A DNA stretch of 43,961 nucleotides from Gammaproteobacteria bacterium. Lineage in GTDB: Bacteria; Pseudomonadota; Gammaproteobacteria; GCA-002705445; GCA-002716945. Shown here one piece after another: positions 38,164-43,961 of the stretch. The DNA lies in assembly GCA_045561195.1 (NCBI GenBank), contig JBJKYE010000036.1:1-43961 (forward strand), given 5' to 3'. Below the pieces are notes generated by a model, which was not told the DNA's origin, searched no databases, and saw only the letters and a list, made by a program, of their open reading frames with translations. Both the position numbers and the translations under genes were made by a program. The number at the start of each line of letters is the position of its first letter. The first letter of the stretch is position 1.

Positions 38164-39344
38164 TTATTTCTTATGTAGTCTGAAACTTGCTTTCTTGTTT
38201 GCTGATCGCAAGCCAAAATTGATTTCAGTGAATTATTTTTTATTAATTTCATATTTTTTAATGCATAGTCAATTATAACTGGTATATCAAGAAATTTAAT
38301 CTTATTTTCAAGAAAATTTGATACAGCTATCTCATTTGCTGCATTTAACACAGTAGGTGCATTATGCCCTAATTTTAATGCCTTTATACATAAATCTAGG
38401 CATTTAAATTGATTTTTCTTAACTTTTCGAAAAGATAGTGAATTAAACTCAATATTTTTCAATTCTTGAATATTGATATTCTGTCTGTATGGCCAAGATA
38501 TAGCATAACTTATTGCGACCCTCATATCATGCTTGCTCATATGTGATATTACTGACCCATCGGTAAATGAAACCAAAGCATGAACTATGCTCTCAGGGTG
38601 AATTAAGACTTTAATTTGTTTTGGATCAAGGTCAAATAAGATAGACGCCTCTATGATCTCAAGTCCCTTATTCATCATTGTTGCTGAATCAACCGATATT
38701 TTTTTACCCATTTTCCATTTAGGATGCTTAACCGCCTCAGATGGAGAAACATTTAATAACTGCTTTTTCGTAAAGTTTAAAAAAGGACCGCCAGAAGCAG
38801 TCAACGTTACATGGTTAATATTATTCTTTATTAATGACTTATTGTTAGTATATTCGAGGCCATGAGTACTCATTATTTGCAAAATAGCATTATGCTCACT
38901 ATCAACTGGGATTATGAGCGACCCGCTCTTTCTCGCCAACTTTATCATTAGCGATCCTGACATGATTAATGACTCCTTATTAGCCAAAAGTATATTCTTG
39001 CTATTCTTAATAGCATTTATGGTTGGCTCTAATGCAGCTGCTCCAACAATCGCCGATAAGACATTTTTTACCTTAATATGCTCTGTAACATATAACAGAC
39101 CAGATCTACCAAATAGTATTTTAATTTTAATATCATTTGTCTTGCATAGTTTTCTTAAGCGTATTGCGTCATTTTCATTGCTTATTACAGCATAGACCGG
39201 TTTGTATTTTTTTATTTGCTTAAATAATAATCTAATATTTTTATTAGCAGTTAGAGCAAAAATCGGGTAACTTTTTTTTAAATTAGAAATTACAGATAAT
39301 GTATTTATACCAATTGTCCCTGTTGATCCTAAAATCGTAATCAT
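38154..39344 (-). CDS. dxr: 1-deoxy-D-xylulose 5-phosphate reductoisomerase
   Basis: N-terminus MITILGSTGTIG, plus LANKESL and DSEHNAI motifs. The start is set at the ATG forming an ATGA overlap with the cdsA stop; the track ORF begins 12 nt upstream. Confidence 0.95.
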   Translation of the reverse strand: MITILGSTGTIGINTLSVISNLKKSYPIFALTANKNIRLLFKQIKKYKPVYAVISNENDAIRLRKLCKTNDIKIKILFGRSGLLYVTEHIKVKNVLSAIVGAAALEPTINAIKNSKNILLANKESLIMSGSLMIKLARKSGSLIIPVDSEHNAILQIMSTHGLEYTNNKSLIKNNINHVTLTASGGPFLNFTKKQLLNVSPSEAVKHPKWKMGKKISVDSATMMNKGLEIIEASILFDLDPKQIKVLIHPESIVHALVSFTDGSVISHMSKHDMRVAISYAISWPYRQNINIQELKNIEFNSLSFRKVKKNQFKCLDLCIKALKLGHNAPTVLNAANEIAVSNFLENKIKFLDIPVIIDYALKNMKLIKNNSLKSILACDQQTRKQVSDYIRNKWK

Positions 39345-40177
39345 AAAAATAACCAAATTTGAAAAATTGATATTGTTGGAAGGTAACTATCTAATCTATC
39401 TAACACCCCTCCATGCCCAGGCAAAATATTACCAGTATCTTTAACATGATAAAATCTTTTAAAAGTACTAATAAATAGATCACCAATAGTACAAAATATA
39501 CAGAATAGTAATATAAATAATAAATCTGAAATCAAAAATGGTATTGCTAAGATATAATTAAATATAATCATGTAAAATGAGACCGGCAATAAAATTGATC
39601 CAAAAAGACCAGCAATTGTTTTATTGGGACTGATATTCTTGCATAATTTTTTCTTACCCATCATTTTTCCAATAAAATATCCAGAGATATCAGTTAGTGA
39701 TACTAGCGCTATTAAAGAAATAAGGTAAATATTTATATTGGTATTTAAGAGAGAAAACATTAGATATTGATTAGATTGAGTAACACCTACAGAAGATGTG
39801 CCACCAATAGATATCAACATAAACCATGCTGATATAATCATATACATGCCTATGAATGAAGAAGCATGAGATAGGACTTTTTTATAAAAACAAGAACCAA
39901 AATACATGTCTATCAATACTAGTATCCATATGATCAAAGAGAGATATGCAAAAATAACTACAGTTGAGTGAGTATGATAAAATAATAAAAGAATCATCAA
40001 AAAAATAATTAAAAATAAATTCATGGCTATCGGTTTTTTGGATACACTAAGCCACTCATAATAGCCATATATTGATACTAAGGAAAAAATAATACCAATA
40101 TAAAACAAAGGCATATATATCAGTAATCCTATGAAAAATATACCCAGAGTAAGACCTGTAAGCACTCTATTAAGCAT
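39341..40177 (-). CDS. cdsA: phosphatidate cytidylyltransferase
   Basis: 278 aa polytopic membrane protein with the C-terminal CdsA signature STFKRFYHVKDTGNILPGHGGVLDRLDS. Confidence 0.88.
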   Translation of the reverse strand: MLNRVLTGLTLGIFFIGLLIYMPLFYIGIIFSLVSIYGYYEWLSVSKKPIAMNLFLIIFLMILLLFYHTHSTVVIFAYLSLIIWILVLIDMYFGSCFYKKVLSHASSFIGMYMIISAWFMLISIGGTSSVGVTQSNQYLMFSLLNTNINIYLISLIALVSLTDISGYFIGKMMGKKKLCKNISPNKTIAGLFGSILLPVSFYMIIFNYILAIPFLISDLLFILLFCIFCTIGDLFISTFKRFYHVKDTGNILPGHGGVLDRLDSYLPTISIFQIWLFL

Positions 40178-40901
40178 CTTCTTTTTGGGACTGATTTATA
40201 TCCACCAAAGAGCCGAACTTTCGTGTTGTTTTTAAATAATATTTGATTGCCAAATCTAACTCTTGTTCATCAAAATCTGGCCATAGACAATCTGTGAAGT
40301 ACATCTCACTGTATGCATGCTGCCATAACATAAAGTTACTTAATCTATGATGTCCAGCTGTTCGTATCAATAGATCTGGCATTGACCCACCTAAAGACAA
40401 AAATTCCTCTAGATCCTTTTCAGCAATATTCTTATCTTGAATAGATTTATGATTAGATTTCAGCATTTTATTAAATGAATTGACAATATCCCATTTGCCA
40501 CCATAGTTTATTGCAAAATTTAATTTTAAATTTGTATTATTTTTAGTAAGTTTTTCAGCATCATAAATATTTTTCAAGAGACGATTACTGAATTTACTCA
40601 TGTCACCTATGAAATTTAATTTCACATTATTATCATGTAAGTCATTAATATATTTTTGGATACACTCTTCGAAAAGGGATAATAAGAATTTTACTTCATA
40701 ATTTGGCCTCTTCCAATTTTCACTACTAAAAGCAAACAACGTTAGTTCTTGAATTTGTCTTAGGGAACATGCTGATACAATTTTATTGATAGATTTTATT
40801 CCTTCTCGATGACCGTATGCTCTAGGCATTCCAATTTTTTTAGCCCATCTTCCATTGCCATCCATAATTATAGATATATGGGATATTTTACTTGAGGACA
40901 T
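40170..40901 (-). CDS. uppS: di-trans,poly-cis-undecaprenyl-diphosphate synthase
   Basis: 243 aa. IIMDGNGRWAKK, FAFSSENWKRP and IRTAGHHRLSNFMLWQ. Confidence 0.95.
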   Translation of the reverse strand: MSSSKISHISIIMDGNGRWAKKIGMPRAYGHREGIKSINKIVSACSLRQIQELTLFAFSSENWKRPNYEVKFLLSLFEECIQKYINDLHDNNVKLNFIGDMSKFSNRLLKNIYDAEKLTKNNTNLKLNFAINYGGKWDIVNSFNKMLKSNHKSIQDKNIAEKDLEEFLSLGGSMPDLLIRTAGHHRLSNFMLWQHAYSEMYFTDCLWPDFDEQELDLAIKYYLKTTRKFGSLVDINQSQKEDA

Positions 40902-40903
40902 TT

Positions 40904-41461
40904 TTATACTTCGCTGATTTCTGCTATCTTTTTATCAATAGCTTCTTCTGATATTTTAATATATTTATCTGTTAACTCTTGAATCTCTATCATATAATCG
41001 CGCTCGAAATCTTTAGATATTTTCTTATCTTTTTCTAAGTTAGCAATTGATGTATTTATGTTTCTTCTTATATTCCTAAGAGAGATCTTAGTATTCTCAC
41101 CTTCTTTTTTTAGAACTTTGGTTAAATCATTTCTTCTTTCTTGTGTTAATGGAGGTATTTTAATGTGTATATTCATGCCATTGATAACCGGTGACAATCC
41201 CAAGTCAGATGTCATAATCGCCTTTTCAATTGCTTGTATAGCTGTCTTATCCCATACATTAAGACTTATAGTTGCAGCATCTGTGACAGTGATATTAGCT
41301 AATTGCTTTAGTGGCGTCTTAGCATCAAAATAATCGGCCTCAATATGATCGAGCATACTAGGATTTGGTCTTCCTGCTCTAATTTTCGAGCAAGCAGTAT
41401 TTAGTGACTCTATTGCTTTGCCCATGCTTTGGTTTGCTTCTTTCTTAATGTTTTCGAACAT
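40904..41461 (-). CDS. frr: ribosome recycling factor
   Basis: 185 aa. Typical RRF layout (IRAGRPNPSMLD, PPLTQERR, RNIRR). Confidence 0.96.
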   Translation of the reverse strand: MFENIKKEANQSMGKAIESLNTACSKIRAGRPNPSMLDHIEADYFDAKTPLKQLANITVTDAATISLNVWDKTAIQAIEKAIMTSDLGLSPVINGMNIHIKIPPLTQERRNDLTKVLKKEGENTKISLRNIRRNINTSIANLEKDKKISKDFERDYMIEIQELTDKYIKISEEAIDKKIAEISEV

Positions 41462-41463
41462 AA

Positions 41464-42177
41464 TTATATAATTTTAGTTCCTATCTTATCATCTAAGATA
41501 ACATTTTTTAAGTTACCATTTTTAAGAATATTAAATACCTTTAGTGGCATATTATTTTCTTGACACATAACAACTGCGGTTGCATCCATTACAGCTAGGT
41601 TTTTACTGATAATGTCCTTATATGATATTTCTTTATACAACTCTGCATCATTAAACTTAATTGGATCTTTATCATATATTCCATCTACTTTAGTGCCCTT
41701 TAACATAATTTGGGCGCCAAGCTCAATGGCTCTTAAACTTGCTGCTGAGTCTGTTGTGAAGAATGGGTTACCTGTGCCAGCTGCTAAAACAATTATTCTA
41801 TTTTTCTCTAAATGTCTCTCTGCTTTTCTTTTAATATATTTCTCGCATACAGCATCAATTGTGATTGACGACATTACTCGACACTCAGTGTCTAATTTTT
41901 CAATAGAGCTTTGTAAGGCTAGAGAATTAATTACAGTCGCCAGCATTCCCATATGATCAGCTGTAACTCGTTGTATACCAAGTTTTTCTAAATCAGATCC
42001 TCTGAAAAAATTACCGCCGCCAATTACTATAATTAGCTCCACATTCTTTTTATGGATTTCAACTAGCTGAGCAGCTAGATCTGATATGAATGAGTCATCG
42101 ATTCCATACTTTTTGGTTCCTACCAATGCTTCTCCACTAAGCTTAAGAAGAACCCTTTTATATGCTGGGGCTGACAT
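41464..42177 (-). CDS. pyrH: UMP kinase
   Basis: The start is set at ATG 42177 (MSAPAYKRVLLKLSGEAL), 1 nt after the tsf stop. The track's upstream extension (to 42240) is lysine-rich and overlaps tsf. GGGNFFRG motif present. Confidence 0.95.
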   Translation of the reverse strand: MSAPAYKRVLLKLSGEALVGTKKYGIDDSFISDLAAQLVEIHKKNVELIIVIGGGNFFRGSDLEKLGIQRVTADHMGMLATVINSLALQSSIEKLDTECRVMSSITIDAVCEKYIKRKAERHLEKNRIIVLAAGTGNPFFTTDSAASLRAIELGAQIMLKGTKVDGIYDKDPIKFNDAELYKEISYKDIISKNLAVMDATAVVMCQENNMPLKVFNILKNGNLKNVILDDKIGTKII

Positions 42178-42178
42178 T

Positions 42179-43045
42179 TTATTTGATTTGATTATAGACT
42201 TCTTCAGCGAAATCTTCTTTCTTTTTATCGATGCCTTCACCTAACTCATATCTAGTATAATGTATAACCTCATTATCTTTTATGATTTTGTTAAGCGTAA
42301 GAGACGAATCCTTAATGAAAGGTTGGTTTAGTAGAGTATTTTCAGAAATAAACTTCTTAATTTTTCCTTCCATTATATTTCTTTTAATATCATCTTTTTT
42401 GTTAATTTTTTCTAATTCAGCCATATAAACTTCTTTTTCACTAGCTAAAACTATTGGGTCAATTGAAGATTTATCCAACCCTAATGGGTTAGATGCAACA
42501 ATTTGCATACATATATCTTTTGATAACTGTTCATCAGGATTTTTTAATACAACCAACGCGCCTATTTTATTGTTATGAGTATAACCAACAACTGAATGAA
42601 TTTTTTTATCAAAAAGCTTGTATCTTCTAATCTGAATATTTTCACCAAGTTTTGTAACATAATTTTTTCTTAATTCCTCAAGATTATTTTTTAATGCATC
42701 ATCGTCCGAAGACACTAGTTGATCATAATCGGTAAATATAGACTCAGAAATTATATTCGCTGTCTGATTAACATAATTAATAAAGTCATCACTTTTTGCT
42801 ACGAAGTCAGTCTCAGTATTTATTTCTATTAGCAATGCAATCTTGTCTGTAGAATAATAGTAAACTACACCTTCAGCAGCTATTCGGGATGATTTCTTAT
42901 CAGCTTTTATACCCTCTTCAGAACGCATTAGTTTGACAGCTTCATCGACATTATTAGATGCCCTCACCAGATATTTTTTACAATCTAGTATGCCCGCGCC
43001 CGTAATATCTCTTAATTTCTTAAGATCTTCTAATTCTGATACCAT
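42179..43045 (-). CDS. tsf: translation elongation factor Ts
   Basis: 288 aa. The N-terminal UBA-like LRDITGAGILDCKKYL matches EF-Ts (E. coli RTGAGMMDCKKAL). Confidence 0.95.
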   Translation of the reverse strand: MVSELEDLKKLRDITGAGILDCKKYLVRASNNVDEAVKLMRSEEGIKADKKSSRIAAEGVVYYYSTDKIALLIEINTETDFVAKSDDFINYVNQTANIISESIFTDYDQLVSSDDDALKNNLEELRKNYVTKLGENIQIRRYKLFDKKIHSVVGYTHNNKIGALVVLKNPDEQLSKDICMQIVASNPLGLDKSSIDPIVLASEKEVYMAELEKINKKDDIKRNIMEGKIKKFISENTLLNQPFIKDSSLTLNKIIKDNEVIHYTRYELGEGIDKKKEDFAEEVYNQIK

Positions 43046-43900
43046 TTAATCCTCTTTTTTATTTTCTGTTGCTTTAGATGACGCATCAAGTTCTGTAGGC
43101 TCTGTTGAAACATCATTAGTATCCACTATCTGTTTTTTCTTTATATTTTTTGTTTTGGTAATTGATGAGTTCGATTTATTTTTTGATTCTTTTTGTGGTG
43201 TTGGAGCAGCTTTAACAAACTTACTTTTTGTATTAATAATTATATCTGTAATTTCTTTTACGAATAACTCGATGGAAGACATAGAGTCATCATTACCTGG
43301 AATCATATAATCTACTCCATCAAAAGAATTGTTACTATCAACTATAGCTATTACAGGTATATTTAATTTATTAGCTTCTTGTATAGCTATTTTTTCATAT
43401 CTTGTGTCGATTACGAATAGAGCATCTGGTGTTTTTTCTAAGTGCTTAATTCCTGATAGATTTTTTTCAAGTTTAGCTATTTGTTTTTTAATCACTAAAG
43501 ACTCTTTTTTAGTTAATCCATCGATTAATGCCGTATTAAGCTTAGAGTTTAAATTATCAAGTTTTTGTATTGATTTTTTAACTGTATCAAAGTTAGTTAA
43601 CATTCCGCCTAACCACCTAATATTCACATATGGCATTTTTGCTTCAGTAGCATATTTAGATACTATGTCTCTAGCAGCTCTTTTAGTTCCTACAAATAAT
43701 ATTTTAGAGTTATTTTTGGTGATCTTTTCGATAAAGTTTTTAGCATTATTGAAATGTGTAATACTTTTTTCAAGATTGATGATATGTAGTTTTTTAAATG
43801 TGGTATATATGAAAGGACGCATTTTTGGGTTCCAATATTTTGATTGATGACCAAAATGTACGCCTGCATTAATCATCTCTTTAATAGATATATTTGACAC
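43046..43900 (-). CDS. rpsB: 30S ribosomal protein S2 (with a C-terminal low-complexity extension)
   Basis: 284 aa. MSNISIKEMINAGVHFGHQ aligns residue-for-residue with the E. coli S2 N-terminus. GTG start with AGGAG 11 nt upstream. Confidence 0.96.
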   Translation of the reverse strand: MSNISIKEMINAGVHFGHQSKYWNPKMRPFIYTTFKKLHIINLEKSITHFNNAKNFIEKITKNNSKILFVGTKRAARDIVSKYATEAKMPYVNIRWLGGMLTNFDTVKKSIQKLDNLNSKLNTALIDGLTKKESLVIKKQIAKLEKNLSGIKHLEKTPDALFVIDTRYEKIAIQEANKLNIPVIAIVDSNNSFDGVDYMIPGNDDSMSSIELFVKEITDIIINTKSKFVKAAPTPQKESKNKSNSSITKTKNIKKKQIVDTNDVSTEPTELDASSKATENKKED

Positions 43901-43961
43901 CAGTCGTTATACTCCTAAAATCGTTAATAAAACAATACAACTTACATTAAATATTGTTGAT

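Noticed and set aside
42178-42240. 21-codon lysine-rich extension of pyrH overlapping tsf
   Set aside because: UMP kinase homology (KRVLLKLSGEAL) starts just after the ATG at 42177, and the extension overlaps the tsf 3' end.
43329-43847. 172-aa plus-strand ORF, unusually long for AT-rich DNA
   Set aside because: It is fully antisense to rpsB, whose identity is unambiguous. The product is a hydrophobic, low-complexity mirror of the S2 codons, with no SD or promoter context. It is most likely a frame kept open by rpsB codon usage.
43931-43958. 7-bp inverted repeat AACAATA/TATTGTT upstream of rpsB, a possible piece of an S2 autoregulatory leader
   Set aside because: The stem is all A/U-rich with a 14-nt loop, so it would be weak. 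The window ends at 43961, so the leader cannot be evaluated.
1-43961. Search for CRISPR repeats, tRNA/rRNA genes, IS elements, integrases, toxin-antitoxin pairs and defence islands
   Set aside because: Every ORF longer than 150 aa is accounted for by a housekeeping family or by the DUF2062 and rhodanese genes. No spacer is long enough for a tRNA or a repeat array, and I saw no regularly spaced direct repeats by eye. A computational repeat and Rfam scan would be needed to exclude small embedded ncRNAs.

Overview
This is a visibly AT-rich, very gene-dense chromosomal core segment with gammaproteobacterial gene content and order. I call 44 protein-coding genes and one intrinsic terminator. The genes are sdhDC plus an SDHAF4-like micro-ORF, ygfZ, mdh, kdsB-lpxK-msbA, a DUF2062 gene, lolD with a single Lol permease, aguA-aguB, a two-gene periplasmic peptide/rhodanese cassette, mfd, an MscS-family channel and nagZ. 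A long conserved block follows: ispF-ispD-ftsB-eno-kdsA-pyrG-tilS-accA-dnaE-rnhB ... lpxB/lpxA-fabZ-lpxD-skp-bamA-rseP-dxr-cdsA-uppS-frr-pyrH-tsf-rpsB. As far as I recall, that order matches Pseudomonas more closely than E. coli. The standard genetic code applies, since TGA, TAA and TAG all act as stops. I found no rRNA, tRNA, CRISPR array, transposase, integrase, phage or recognisable defence genes. The longest non-coding stretches are 830-984 (155 bp), 10739-10879 (141 bp), 6313-6403 (91 bp), 22473-22542 (70 bp) and 28519-28583 (65 bp). I do not see a large undescribed multi-gene system here; this is mostly housekeeping DNA. The observations most worth following up are: (1) a 46-codon SDHAF4/DUF1674-like ORF, missed by the ORF track, abutting sdhC and divergent from ygfZ. 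(2) A GnnA/GnnB-like oxidoreductase and aminotransferase pair translationally coupled to an inverted lpxB, predicting a GlcN3N-type lipid A. (3) A self-contained cassette encoding a small acidic secreted peptide with a near-C-terminal Cys plus a periplasmic rhodanese, ending in the only clear intrinsic terminator. (4) All four convergent gene junctions have at most 1 nt of spacer. (5) A single-permease (LolDF-like) Lol operon. The taxonomic guess, a streamlined marine gammaproteobacterium, is inference only.
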